Made by a program: the position numbers and the translations under genes. From Escherichia coli (GTDB taxonomy: Bacteria > Pseudomonadota > Gammaproteobacteria > Enterobacterales > Enterobacteriaceae), in assembly GCF_003018235.1 (NCBI RefSeq), contig NZ_CP027437.1: a stretch of 64,000 bases of DNA. One strand, given 5' to 3'. The first letter of the stretch is position 1. Every line of letters begins with the position of its first letter. This document shows, piece after piece, positions 35,356-47,586 of the stretch. The notes under the pieces are model-generated. The model ran no database searches. It saw only the letters and a program-made list of their open reading frames with translations, and was not told where the DNA came from.

Positions 35356-38314
35356 CCTTAATCGCGTCATCGGATGGTCTGGTTTACTGCTGACGTCTTT
35401 ATTGAGTACCAGCGCACTCGCAGACAATATCGGCACCAGCGCAGAAGAGCTGGGGCTGAGCGATTATCGCCATTTTGTTATTTATCCCCGTCTCGACAAG
35501 GCGCTGAAGGTACAGAAAAATAACGACGAAGCAACCGCCATCCGCGAATTTGAATATATACACCAGCAGGTGCCGGATAATATTCCGCTAACTTTATACC
35601 TTGCGGAAGCCTATCGCCATTTTGGTCATGATGACCGGGCGCGGCTGTTGCTTGAGGATCAACTGAAACGTCACCCAGGAGATGCCCGACTTGAGCGCAG
35701 TCTGGCGGCTATTCCAGTTGAAGTGAAAAGCGTTACGACTGTTGAAGAACTGCTTGCCCAGCAAAAAGCGTGCGATGCTGCGCCGACCCTGCGTTGTCGC
35801 AGTGAAGTTGGGCAGAATGCCCTGCGGCTGGCACAATTACCTGTCGCCAGAGCGCAACTGAACGATGCGACGTTTGCTGCATCGCCGGAAGGAAAAACGC
35901 TGCGAACCGATCTGCTGCAACGGGCAATCTACCTGAAGCAATGGTCCCAGGCAGATACGCTATACAATGAAGCACGCCAGCAGAACACATTAAGCGCGGC
36001 AGAACGCCGCCAGTGGTTTGATGTGCTTCTTGCCGGGCAGCTGGACGATCGGATCCTGGCGCTGCAATCACAGGGGATCTTCACCGATCCGCAGTCATAT
36101 ATTACTTACGCGACCGCGCTGGCTTATCGTGACGAAAAAGCACGCCTCCAGCGTTATCTCATTGAAAATACTCCGCTATTTACCACGGACGCACAAGAGA
36201 AAAGTTGGCTCTATCTGTTATCTAAATACAGCGGCAACCCCGTTCAGGCGTTGGCGAATTATACGGTACAGTTTGCCGACAACCGCCAGTATGTTGTTGG
36301 CGCGACGCTACCGGTGCTGTTAAAAGAAGGTCAGTACGACGCAGCGCAAAAACTGCTCGCCACCCTCCCCGCCAATGAAATGCTTGAGGAGCGTTATACC
36401 GTTAGCGTAGCGACCCATAACAAGGCTGAAGCTCTGCGTCTGGCACGATTGCTGTATCAGCAAGAACCGGCAAATCTTACCCGCCTGGATCAACTGACCT
36501 GGCAACTGATGCAGAACGAGCAGTCACGCGAAGCTGCCGATTTATTGCTGCAACGCTATCCTTTCCAGGGCGATGCGCGTGTCAGCCAGACTTTAATGGC
36601 GCGACTGGCGTCTCTGCTGGAAAGTCATCCTTACCTGGCAACTCCGGCGAAGGTGGCGATTTTATCGAAACCCTTACCGCTGGCGGAGCAACGTCAGTGG
36701 CAAAGTCAGTTGCCGGGTATTGCAGATAATTGCCCGGCAATAGTTCGCTTGCTGGGCGATATGTCGCCTTCCTACGATGCCGCCGCCTGGAACCGTCTGG
36801 CAAAGTGTTATCGGGACACGCTACCCGGTGTGGCGTTGTATGCATGGCTTCAGGCCGAACAACGACAACCGAACGCCTGGCAACATCGTGCGGTAGCCTA
36901 TCAGGCGTATCAGGTTGAGGACTACGCCACCGCACTGGCGGCCTGGCAGAAAATCAGTCTTCACGACATGAGCAATGAGGATCTGCTTGCTGCTGCCAAT
37001 ACCGCCCAGGCGGCAGGAAATGGTGCGGCTCGCGATCGCTGGCTTCAGCAGGCAGAACAACGTGGGCTGGGAAACAATGCCCTCTACTGGTGGCTGCATG
37101 CGCAACGTTACATTCCTGGTCAGCCGGAACTCGCACTGAACGATCTCACGCGCTCAATCAATATTGCGCCTTCTGCCAACGCTTACGTTGCGCGGGCGAC
37201 AATTTATCGCCAACGTCATAATGTCCCGGCGGCGGTGAGTGATTTGCGCGCCGCGCTGGAACTGGAACCGAATAATAGCAACACCCAGGCAGCGCTCGGT
37301 TACGCCTTGTGGGATAGCGGTGATATCGCACAGTCGCGGGAAATGCTCGAACAGGCGCATAAAGGGCTACCGGACGATCCGGCACTTATCCGACAACTGG
37401 CCTACGTGAACCAGCGTCTGGATAACATGCCTGCGACGCAGCACTACGCCCGGCTGGTGATTGATGACATTGATAATCAGGCGCTGATAACCCCACTGAC
37501 CCCAGAGCAAAATCAGCAACGCTTCAATTTCCGCCGTCTGCATGAGGAGGTCGGTCGCCGCTGGACGTTCAGTTTCGATTCTTCCATCGGCTTGCGTTCC
37601 GGCGCAATGAGTACCGCTAACAATAATGTCGGCGGCGCAGCGCCAGGGAAAAGCTATCGTAGCTACGGGCAACTGGAAGCCGAGTACCGCATCGGACGCA
37701 ATATGCTGCTGGAAGGCGACCTGCTCTCGGTTTACAGCCGTGTATTTGCCGATACCGGAGAAAACGGGGTGATGATGCCGGTGAAAAATCCGATGTCCGG
37801 CACCGGTCTGCGCTGGAAGCCGCTACGCGATCAGATCTTTTTCCTCGCCGTCGAACAGCAGTTGCCGCTGAACGGGCAAAATGGCGCATCCGATACCATG
37901 CTGCGCGCCAGCGCCTCATTCTTTAATGGCGGCAAATACAGCGACGAATGGCACCCGAACGGTTCAGGCTGGTTTGCCCAAAACCTGTACCTCGATGCGG
38001 CGCAATATATCCGCCAGGATATTCAGGCGTGGACGGCAGATTATCGCGTCAGCTGGCATCAGAAGGTAGCTAACGGACAGACTATTGAGCCTTACGCTCA
38101 CGTTCAGGACAACGGCTATCGTGATAAAGGCACTCAGGGCGCGCAGCTTGGCGGTGTCGGGGTCCGCTGGAATATCTGGACCGGCGAGACGCACTACGAC
38201 GCCTGGCCGCACAAAGTCAGTCTCGGCGTCGAGTATCAACATACCTTTAAGGCGATTAATCAACGTAACGGAGAGCGCAACAACGCGTTTCTCACCATTG
38301 GAGTGCACTGGTAA
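35342..38314 (+). CDS. nfrA: outer membrane protein NfrA (phage N4 receptor / exporter), TPR-rich
   Basis: Track ORF 35321..38314; start at MKENNLNRVIGW (ATG 35342), overlapping the nfrB stop; signal peptide. Confidence 0.85.
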   Translation: MKENNLNRVIGWSGLLLTSLLSTSALADNIGTSAEELGLSDYRHFVIYPRLDKALKVQKNNDEATAIREFEYIHQQVPDNIPLTLYLAEAYRHFGHDDRARLLLEDQLKRHPGDARLERSLAAIPVEVKSVTTVEELLAQQKACDAAPTLRCRSEVGQNALRLAQLPVARAQLNDATFAASPEGKTLRTDLLQRAIYLKQWSQADTLYNEARQQNTLSAAERRQWFDVLLAGQLDDRILALQSQGIFTDPQSYITYATALAYRDEKARLQRYLIENTPLFTTDAQEKSWLYLLSKYSGNPVQALANYTVQFADNRQYVVGATLPVLLKEGQYDAAQKLLATLPANEMLEERYTVSVATHNKAEALRLARLLYQQEPANLTRLDQLTWQLMQNEQSREAADLLLQRYPFQGDARVSQTLMARLASLLESHPYLATPAKVAILSKPLPLAEQRQWQSQLPGIADNCPAIVRLLGDMSPSYDAAAWNRLAKCYRDTLPGVALYAWLQAEQRQPNAWQHRAVAYQAYQVEDYATALAAWQKISLHDMSNEDLLAAANTAQAAGNGAARDRWLQQAEQRGLGNNALYWWLHAQRYIPGQPELALNDLTRSINIAPSANAYVARATIYRQRHNVPAAVSDLRAALELEPNNSNTQAALGYALWDSGDIAQSREMLEQAHKGLPDDPALIRQLAYVNQRLDNMPATQHYARLVIDDIDNQALITPLTPEQNQQRFNFRRLHEEVGRRWTFSFDSSIGLRSGAMSTANNNVGGAAPGKSYRSYGQLEAEYRIGRNMLLEGDLLSVYSRVFADTGENGVMMPVKNPMSGTGLRWKPLRDQIFFLAVEQQLPLNGQNGASDTMLRASASFFNGGKYSDEWHPNGSGWFAQNLYLDAAQYIRQDIQAWTADYRVSWHQKVANGQTIEPYAHVQDNGYRDKGTQGAQLGGVGVRWNIWTGETHYDAWPHKVSLGVEYQHTFKAINQRNGERNNAFLTIGVHW

Positions 38315-39205
38315 ATGCGTAAGTTCATTTTCGTATTGCTGACACTGCTTTTGGTCAGCCCTTTTTCCTTTGCGATGAAAGGTATTATCTGGCAACCACA
38401 AAACCGTGATAGTCAGGTTACCGATACCCAGTGGCAGGGGCTGATGAGTCAGTTACGTTTGCAAGGCTTCGATACCCTGGTTTTGCAATGGACCCGTTAC
38501 GGCGATGCATTCACCCAGCCAGAACAGCGCGCGTTATTGTTTAAGCGTGCCGCAGCTGCGCAACAGGCTGGCCTGAAGCTGATTGTCGGGCTGAATGCCG
38601 ATCCGGAATTTTTTATGCACCAGAAACAGTCATCCGCGGCGCTGGAAAGCTATCTTAATCGCCTGCTGGCTGCCGATCTCCAGCAAGCCAGATTATGGAG
38701 CGCCGCGCCTGGCGTAACGCCGGATGGCTGGTACATCAGCGCGGAAATTGACGACCTGAACTGGCGCAGCGAAGCCGCCCGTCAGCCTTTGCTAACATGG
38801 TTAAACAACGCGCAGCGGCTGATTAGCGATGTTTCAGCAAAACCGGTTTATATCAGTAGTTTTTTCGCCGGAAACATGTCGCCAGATGGCTATCGCCAAC
38901 TGCTGGAACAAGTTAAAGCAACCGGCGTTGATGTCTGGGTACAGGATGGCAGCGGCGTGGATAAACTTACCGCTGAACAGCGTGAACGTTATCTACAGGC
39001 CAGCGCCGATTGCCAAAGTTCCGCCCCTGCCAGCGGCATTGTTTATGAACTGTTTGTCGCCGGCAAAGGTAAAACCTTTACAGCGAAACCGAAACCGGAT
39101 GCAGAGATCGCCTCGCTGTTAGCGAAACGTTCCTCTTGCGGTAAAGACACGCTCTATTTCTCTCTGCGCTATTTGCCCGTTGCGCACGACATTCTCGAGT
39201 ATTAA
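38315..39205 (+). CDS. ybcH: uncharacterised exported protein YbcH
   Basis: 296-aa ORF whose ATG abuts the nfrA stop (taaATG); signal peptide. Confidence 0.8.
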   Translation: MRKFIFVLLTLLLVSPFSFAMKGIIWQPQNRDSQVTDTQWQGLMSQLRLQGFDTLVLQWTRYGDAFTQPEQRALLFKRAAAAQQAGLKLIVGLNADPEFFMHQKQSSAALESYLNRLLAADLQQARLWSAAPGVTPDGWYISAEIDDLNWRSEAARQPLLTWLNNAQRLISDVSAKPVYISSFFAGNMSPDGYRQLLEQVKATGVDVWVQDGSGVDKLTAEQRERYLQASADCQSSAPASGIVYELFVAGKGKTFTAKPKPDAEIASLLAKRSSCGKDTLYFSLRYLPVAHDILEY

Positions 39206-39739
39206 ATCTCCTCCAGGTAAGTCGGGTACGACCTGGCTTACCTCTTTCGCTCTCGTCAGAATTCCATCAAGATTAATTGCTAAAAAGCGTGCTAAAGAAA
39301 GAAGATCGTTATCGGCGAACGGGCCGATCACTCATGCAGGAAGCATAGATCCTTTGAGCGGAGTTTCTGATATCTGAGGAGTGCGAAATGCAATTGAGCA
39401 GCAGTGAACCTTGCGTGGTGATCCTGACCGAAAAAGAGGTAGAGGTAAGCGTTAATAACCATGCCACGTTTACCCTTCCGAAAAACTACCTGGCCGCCTT
39501 CGCGTGCAACAATAACGTCATTGAACTCTCAACGTTAAATCACGTATTAATCACCCACATCAACCGCAACATCATCAACGATTATCTGTTGTTTTTAAAT
39601 AAGAACTTAACCTGCGTAAAGCCCTGGTCGCGGCTGGCTACCCCGGTTATCGCTTGTCATAGCCGTACACCGGAAGTGTTCCGGCTAGCCGCCAACCACA
39701 GCAAGCAGCAACCCAGCAAACCCTGCGAAGCGGAGTTGA

Positions 39740-41810
<2,071 letters not shown>

Positions 41811-42153
41811 TCAAAGCGATATTCAGCATTACTGGAATCTGCGAATTGTCGCCAGTTCGCTATGTTTAAGCCCCAGCCTGCTCAAAAAGAAATTAAAAAA
41901 CGAAAATACCAGCTATAGCCAGATTGTCACAGAGTGTCGTATGCGTTACGCCGTACAGATATTATTGATGGATAACAAAAATATCACTCAGGTAGCGCAA
42001 TTATGTGGCTATAGCAGCACGTCGTACTTTATCTCTGTTTTTAAGGCGTTTTACGGCCTGACACCGTTGAATTATCTCGCCAAACAGCGACAAAAAGTGA
42101 TGTGGTGAAGGGCAAAGCGGAAACAGATAAGACGGGCATAAATGAAGAAGAAA

Positions 42154-42198
42154 TGGCGCGCCCTGCAGGATTCGAACCTGCGGCCCACGACTTAGAAG
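42154..42198 (-). other. 45-nt 3-prime fragment of tRNA-Arg (argU-like), probable prophage attachment-site remnant
   Basis: tggcgcgccctgcaggattcgaacctgcggcccacgacttagaag is the reverse complement of the 3-prime half of argU (acceptor stem, T-arm and anticodon stem) as I recall it; similarity stops abruptly at the anticodon. Confidence 0.6.
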
Positions 42199-42620
42199 TT
42201 CCTAGAACGACATTTTAAGTCAACAAATTACCGCGCCATCTCTGCGCTCACACGTCCCACTACCTCAAAACATGTAAAGCCTTGCAAGCCATTGTGAGGC
42301 CTTATGTGTCTCAGTTTTGTCCCTCTTTTTTGTACTAAAAAACATAGTAATTGAGGATAAACCTCATGCTATTTTCGCTTATATGCCTCTAAAGGCATGG
42401 CACTTAAATAGATAAAAGCACCACAAAAGCATAAAAAACCACACAGTAAAACCGCAATATGAAACAATAACAGATAATTAAACCAAAAACAGATAGCGCA
42501 TTGTGATAATCATTCAATACTAAACAAAATATAAACAGTGGAGCAATATGTAATTGACTCATTAAGTTAGATATAAAAAATACATATTCAATCATTAAAA
42601 CGATTGAATGGAGAACTTTT

Positions 42621-43574
42621 ATGCGGGCGAAACTTCTGGGAATAGTCCTGACAACCCCTATTGCGATCAGCTCTTTTGCTTCTACCGAGACTATATCGTT
42701 TACTCCTGACAACATAAATGCGGACATTAGTCTTGGAACTCTGAGCGGAAAAACAAAAGAGCGCGTTTATCTAGCTGAAGAAGGAGGCCGAAAAGTCAGT
42801 CAACTCGACTGGAAATTCAATAACGCTGCAATTATTAAAGGTGCAATTAATTGGGATTTGATGCCCCAGATATCTATTGGGGCTGCGGGCTGGACTACTC
42901 TCGGCAGCCGGGGTGGCAATATGGTCGATCAGGACTGGATGGATTCCAGTAACCCCGGAACCTGGACAGATGAAAGTAGGCACCCTGATACACAACTCAA
43001 TTATGCCAACGAATTTGATCTGAATATCAAAGGCTGGCTCCTCAACGAACCCAATTACCGCCTGGGACTCATGGCCGGATATCAGGAAAGCCGTTATAGC
43101 TTTACAGCCAGAGGTGGTTCCTATATCTACAGTTCTGAGGAGGGATTCAGAGATGATATCGGCTCCTTCCCGAATGGAGAAAGAGCAATCGGCTACAAAC
43201 AACGTTTTAAAATGCCCTACATTGGCTTGACTGGAAGTTATCGTTATGAAGATTTTGAACTCGGTGGCACATTTAAATACAGCGGCTGGGTGGAATCATC
43301 TGATAACGATGAACACTATGACCCGGGAAAAAGAATCACTTATCGCAGTAAGGTCAAAGACCAAAATTACTATTCTGTTGCAGTCAATGCAGGTTATTAC
43401 GTAACACCTAACGCAAAAGTTTATGTTGAAGGCGCATGGAATCGGGTTACGAATAAAAAAGGTAATACTTCACTTTATGATCACAATGATAACACTTCAG
43501 ACTACAGCAAAAATGGTGCAGGCATAGAAAACTATAACTTCATCACTACTGCTGGTCTTAAGTACACCTTTTAA
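42621..43574 (+). CDS. ompT: omptin outer membrane protease OmpT
   Basis: 317-aa ORF with a signal peptide and C-terminal F; recognised as OmpT. Confidence 0.9.
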   Translation: MRAKLLGIVLTTPIAISSFASTETISFTPDNINADISLGTLSGKTKERVYLAEEGGRKVSQLDWKFNNAAIIKGAINWDLMPQISIGAAGWTTLGSRGGNMVDQDWMDSSNPGTWTDESRHPDTQLNYANEFDLNIKGWLLNEPNYRLGLMAGYQESRYSFTARGGSYIYSSEEGFRDDIGSFPNGERAIGYKQRFKMPYIGLTGSYRYEDFELGGTFKYSGWVESSDNDEHYDPGKRITYRSKVKDQNYYSVAVNAGYYVTPNAKVYVEGAWNRVTNKKGNTSLYDHNDNTSDYSKNGAGIENYNFITTAGLKYTF

Positions 43575-43823
43575 GAACGCCAACTAAAATTTCCCCGAGG
43601 TGAAAATCGCCCCGGGGAATAACTAGCCATATCAATGTAACAATTAACCCTTAAAATAAACCCAGAAGGTTATTAACTGAATCACATAGAAAACCATCAA
43701 TTATAGTGTGTATAAAATGGGCGACAGCAACCCAATTACAAATTAATGGTTCCAGAATATCACATCAAAAAACACGCTATATAATATTATAATTAATATG
43801 TAGACAACTTGTAATAAACATTA

Positions 43824-44573
43824 TCAGTCAATTGTTTTGTTTATTCCATCTGTGACGCCGATTACTTTCTCAAAATAATGAGATGGCGTGACACCATAAT
43901 AATCTTTAAATGCACATATGAAATATGAAGTACTGTTATAGCCACATTTCTGGGCTACAACATTGATAGAATAAGAGTTTGAAGTTATGAGTTTTTTTGC
44001 ATACCTCATCCTAGTGTCTCTCAATACTTCAGTAAATGACGTTCCTTCATCCCTTAATCTTTTTTTTATTAAACTTTCACTCGTATAAATCAATTCCGCA
44101 ATATCTTTTAAATGCCATTGCCGCTCAATATTAAAACTGATTATTCCAGTAATTTTACAGGTAAATGTATTTATATTTGTTAGTATAAATGAATTTACAC
44201 TTTCGCGTTTTTTGAACATGGCAAGTAAGGATATACATAGTCGTTCTTTTAACCAAAGGGAGTGTGAGTCTGCTATTTTAATCCCTTCAAACAGAGAAAA
44301 AACAAGCGATAATGGAGGTTCCTCTTCAGCAATATAGTCATTCTTATCAAGAGTAAATTTGCCAGGCAGCTCATTATTCACGTCGATAAAAAAGGATAAA
44401 CATGTTTTCTTATCTATATCAACAATTCTTAGTTTAGAGGGGCATACTGGTAACTCCCTTCTAATTTTGTCGCTTACAATAAACAATGAATTTTTTTTGA
44501 ACGAGATAACTCTCCTGTTTATAATTAAATCAAATGATTGACAGATGAAAACTACGGAGCAAACATAATCCAT
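43824..44573 (-). CDS. appY: AraC-family transcriptional activator AppY
   Basis: 249-aa AT-rich ORF with a C-terminal AraC helix-turn-helix; recognised as AppY. Confidence 0.9.
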   Translation of the reverse strand: MDYVCSVVFICQSFDLIINRRVISFKKNSLFIVSDKIRRELPVCPSKLRIVDIDKKTCLSFFIDVNNELPGKFTLDKNDYIAEEEPPLSLVFSLFEGIKIADSHSLWLKERLCISLLAMFKKRESVNSFILTNINTFTCKITGIISFNIERQWHLKDIAELIYTSESLIKKRLRDEGTSFTEVLRDTRMRYAKKLITSNSYSINVVAQKCGYNSTSYFICAFKDYYGVTPSHYFEKVIGVTDGINKTID

Positions 44574-45237
44574 CTTGCACCTATCATAAAATTAAAACAA
44601 GTTGATAATAGTCAAATAACAACCAATTAAATACACAATCATAATCAGGATGATGTGCATTTATATTTTTATACACAAAATTATAGTTTGCAAATTTTAA
44701 TAAATTTCATTTAAGATTAAATTATTATATGTATATTATTTTTTATTCTAACGTATTTCAAAGTTACATTTTTCAACGCTTACTATGCTTTTTATTAACA
44801 TAAACTCACTACAACGCACCTGAAACCTCTTGCTATATATATGTCAACCGTTTGAATTTAAAATAAAAAGAGTATCATTTTTACTTGCATTTCTTATCAA
44901 GTCACATTCAACAACAGTAACAAAACATTATTAGAACCATTCAATTAACAAAAAACCAACATCCGGATTGCTTAACTTTTCTTTATTAAACGATATTGAA
45001 AATCAATTGATAAAATACATCTAAACAACTTTTTGGGGCGCAAAAGCATAACATCAAACCAACAAATAACACACCGAAAAAACTCACAATTAATAACCTA
45101 TGATATACATACTGTTTATTATGGTTGAATAAGCCACTCGATATCTGGCGTAACGGAAGTGTCTACACTGTTCAGCAGCACCCGATACTTCCATGCCTCT
45201 AGCAACAATCTTTCCTCCTCCGTTGTAATTTCCAGAT

Positions 45238-45378
45238 CTACAGCATGCTGAAGTGGCGCAATATGCTCACTCTCATTTTACCCTCAAAAATCCGGTCACA
45301 TTCTGCACAGTTCAACGCATTACGTTGTAGATCGGTGTTCTGGTCATTTGTTGATACACGTACATAGCCAATAAGCAT
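45238..45378 (-). pseudogene. remnant of a Gin/Pin/Cin-family serine DNA invertase (46 codons)
   Basis: Minus-strand [37 protein letters not shown]..., whose first 30 or so residues match the invertase N-terminus including the catalytic-Ser region; then it diverges and stops. Below the ORF-track size cutoff. Confidence 0.6.
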
Positions 45379-45440
45379 GTTAAATCCCCTTGGTAAAAGC
45401 AGGAATGATGCCATTTGCTTGTTATTTCTTCATTTTCATA

Positions 45441-45460
45441 AACGTTGGTTTGGGAGAAGG
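45441..45460. other. gix/cix-like recombination site (distal), inverted repeat of the site at 47279..47298
   Basis: aacgttggtttgggagaagg; its reverse complement matches gcttctcccaaaccaaggtt at 18 of 20 positions. Confidence 0.5.
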
Positions 45461-45926
45461 CTCTGCATTACCTGTTGGTGTGCCTGTTCCATGGCCTTCA
45501 GCCACACCGCCAACAGGCTGGCTGAAATGCAACGGTGCGGCATTTTCTGCTGAAGAATACCCGGAACTGGCAAAGGCTTATCCAACAAATAAATTACCTG
45601 ATTTACGCGGTGAGTTTATTCGTGGCTGGGATGACGGGCGCGGTATTGATGCAGGACGTGTTTTATTGAGTATTCAGGCCGGAATGCTGGAAAAGCACCG
45701 TCATCCTGTTGTCGCCAACGATGAGTATGACTCAAAAGAGGAATGGGAACTAGCGACAATCTTCAGAAGAGCATATAAGCAAGGCAGGGGGCTTGATGCT
45801 GCCGCTGCCGGAGGGAGTCTGATCCCATCACCGACACTTCATTCACGAGGGAGTATCGGTAATACTGGCGGGAGTGAAACCCGTCCACGAAATATTGCAT
45901 TTAACTATATCGTGAGGGCTGCATAA
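45441..45926 (+). CDS. alternative tail-fibre C-terminal segment in the currently unexpressed orientation
   Basis: C-terminal part of track ORF 45390..45926 with tail-fibre motifs (LPDLRGEFIRGWDDGRGID, NIAFNYIVRAA); there is no plausible start of its own, and the region upstream of the crossover site is not fibre-like. Confidence 0.55.
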   Translation, partial: NVGLGEGSALPVGVPVPWPSATPPTGWLKCNGAAFSAEEYPELAKAYPTNKLPDLRGEFIRGWDDGRGIDAGRVLLSIQAGMLEKHRHPVVANDEYDSKEEWELATIFRRAYKQGRGLDAAAAGGSLIPSPTLHSRGSIGNTGGSETRPRNIAFNYIVRAA

Positions 45927-46528
45927 TGGATAACGCCGTATTAAATAGCGAGCTTATTACCACGAAGGCGGGGAATATTACCGTCTATAACTATGATGGT
46001 GAGACGCGGGAATATATTTCTGCATCAACTGAATATCTTGCAGTGGGTGTCGGTATTCCAGCATATTCCTGTTTAGACGCTCCTGGTACATCTAAGGCTG
46101 GTTATACAATTTGCCGTTCTGTGGATTTAAAATCATGGGAATATGTGTCAGACCATCGCGGTGAAATCGTCTATAACACCGAAACGGGAGATGCCAAAGA
46201 AATCACAGCACTAGGCGACTATCCCGAAAATACAACCACTATCGCCCCGTTAACGCCATACGATAAATGGGATGGTGAAAAATGGGTGACAGATACTGAG
46301 GCACAACACGGTGCCGCAGTAGAAGCGGCAGAAGCACAGCGCCAGTCACTGATTGATGCAGCAATGGCTTCCATCAGTCTGATTCAACTGAAATTGCAGG
46401 CCGGACGTAAACCGACGCAGGCAGAAACAACCAGACTTAACGCTGTGCTGGATTACATTGACGCGGTGACGGCAACAGATACCAGCACCGCGCCGGATGT
46501 CATCTGGCCTGAACTGCCGGAGGCGTAG
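45926..46528 (+). CDS. tail fibre assembly chaperone (Tfa), partner of the alternative fibre segment
   Basis: 200-aa ORF whose start overlaps the preceding stop; conserved Tfa C-terminus. Confidence 0.7.
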   Translation: MDNAVLNSELITTKAGNITVYNYDGETREYISASTEYLAVGVGIPAYSCLDAPGTSKAGYTICRSVDLKSWEYVSDHRGEIVYNTETGDAKEITALGDYPENTTTIAPLTPYDKWDGEKWVTDTEAQHGAAVEAAEAQRQSLIDAAMASISLIQLKLQAGRKPTQAETTRLNAVLDYIDAVTATDTSTAPDVIWPELPEA

Positions 46529-46943
46529 GCCATTCAATATCTGGCGCACTGGAGGTATCAACCAGCTCCAGTGCATCCAGATAATCCAGCCACAAATTAT
46601 ATTGCGCCAGTTCCTCACCTTTCAGACGACCAATAGCGGCTTTACCGGGCCATTGTTTACTGTTCATGTATTCGTTGGCCTGGTTAATCAATAATTGCCT
46701 CTCTGATTCGGCCTGTTCAATAAGTTCCTCATGTGATGGTGGAGGTATTTCAGCCCATGTGGGAAAACCATTTTCCCCTGCAACTCGGATTTTCCCTTGT
46801 GGCGGTTCCGCCATATATTTTACAGAAATATCATCAGGAATATCTAATGCATTAGCAGGCCATGTTCCATTTACTTCATAAGTGTTTTTTAAATTAACAG
46901 CATAAAAAGCATTTTCCGAAGGGGAATAAATATATTGATTCAT
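46500..46943 (-). CDS. tail fibre assembly chaperone (Tfa), expressed orientation
   Basis: 147-aa ORF convergent with the other tfa and overlapping it by 29 bp; conserved C-terminus SSAPDIEWPTPP. Confidence 0.7.
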   Translation of the reverse strand: MNQYIYSPSENAFYAVNLKNTYEVNGTWPANALDIPDDISVKYMAEPPQGKIRVAGENGFPTWAEIPPPSHEELIEQAESERQLLINQANEYMNSKQWPGKAAIGRLKGEELAQYNLWLDYLDALELVDTSSAPDIEWPTPPAVQAR

Positions 46944-46944
46944 A

Positions 46945-47583
46945 TTATCTTCCTATTGCGATAATCATAGTTCCATACAAACCATTTCCGGTTGATACTT
47001 TTAAGGTTACTGATGTCCTTGTTGTCGTGTACCCCATAAGTTTAAAGGTCGGAGCAGCCGTTAATGTGCCATCTGACCATAAGGCACTAACAGCCAGTGC
47101 GCCTGAAGGAAATGCAATAGGGAAATTACCTGTAGTTCCGTTAGTGTCCGCCCCATAAACATTCATCGAAAACATTTGGACAATATGACCACTTGGTAAC
47201 TGAAACCAGTTTTTGCCAGATGGAAATGCAGACATATCTGGTATCTGATTTTCCCCTGTTCCCACATTCCGTTTTGCCGCTTCTCCCAAACCAAGGTTTT
47301 CGAGAGCCGTTTTCACCGTGCCGTCCGATTTGATATCGCCAAACGGATTTTTGCGGCTTAACAGCAGCGCACGAAGCGCGGTAAGCAGCTGGTCATGCCG
47401 CCCCTTCTCCAGGCTGGCACCGGATGCCTCCACCACGCTGCAGAGTTCTTCCTGCAACATGTCAAAGTAGTCATCATCCAGATCGGTGGCAGGTGTGCCG
47501 GTCTGGGGGTTACCACGGGTAAAACCGTTCTTACCCGCGCCGAACTTATCCTTCTGCGCGGTTTTCGTGTCTATACGATGCAT
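46945..47583 (-). CDS. tail fibre protein (constant N-terminus plus variable C-terminus)
   Basis: 212-aa ORF; the crossover site lies inside the gene near codon 95. Confidence 0.7.
   Translation of the reverse strand: MHRIDTKTAQKDKFGAGKNGFTRGNPQTGTPATDLDDDYFDMLQEELCSVVEASGASLEKGRHDQLLTALRALLLSRKNPFGDIKSDGTVKTALENLGLGEAAKRNVGTGENQIPDMSAFPSGKNWFQLPSGHIVQMFSMNVYGADTNGTTGNFPIAFPSGALAVSALWSDGTLTAAPTFKLMGYTTTRTSVTLKVSTGNGLYGTMIIAIGR
47279..47298. other. gix/cix-like recombination site (proximal, inside the tail fibre gene)
   Basis: gcttctcccaaaccaaggtt, inverted relative to 45441..45460. Confidence 0.5.
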
Positions 47584-47586
47584 GGA

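Noticed and set aside
35594-38401. Numerous ORFs on both strands
   Set aside because: All are embedded in nfrA or ybcH in other frames.
42154-42198. Intact tRNA gene
   Set aside because: Only the 3-prime 45 nt match tRNA-Arg; the 5-prime half is missing, so this is a fragment and not a functional tRNA.
42404-42727. 107-aa minus-strand ORF
   Set aside because: AT-rich low-complexity ORF overlapping the ompT promoter and start in antisense.
45390-45440. N-terminal 17 codons of the plus-strand fibre ORF (MVKAGMMPFACYFFIFI...)
   Set aside because: Upstream of the recombination site and not fibre-like; the segment has no plausible start of its own and is only expressed after inversion fuses it to the constant region.
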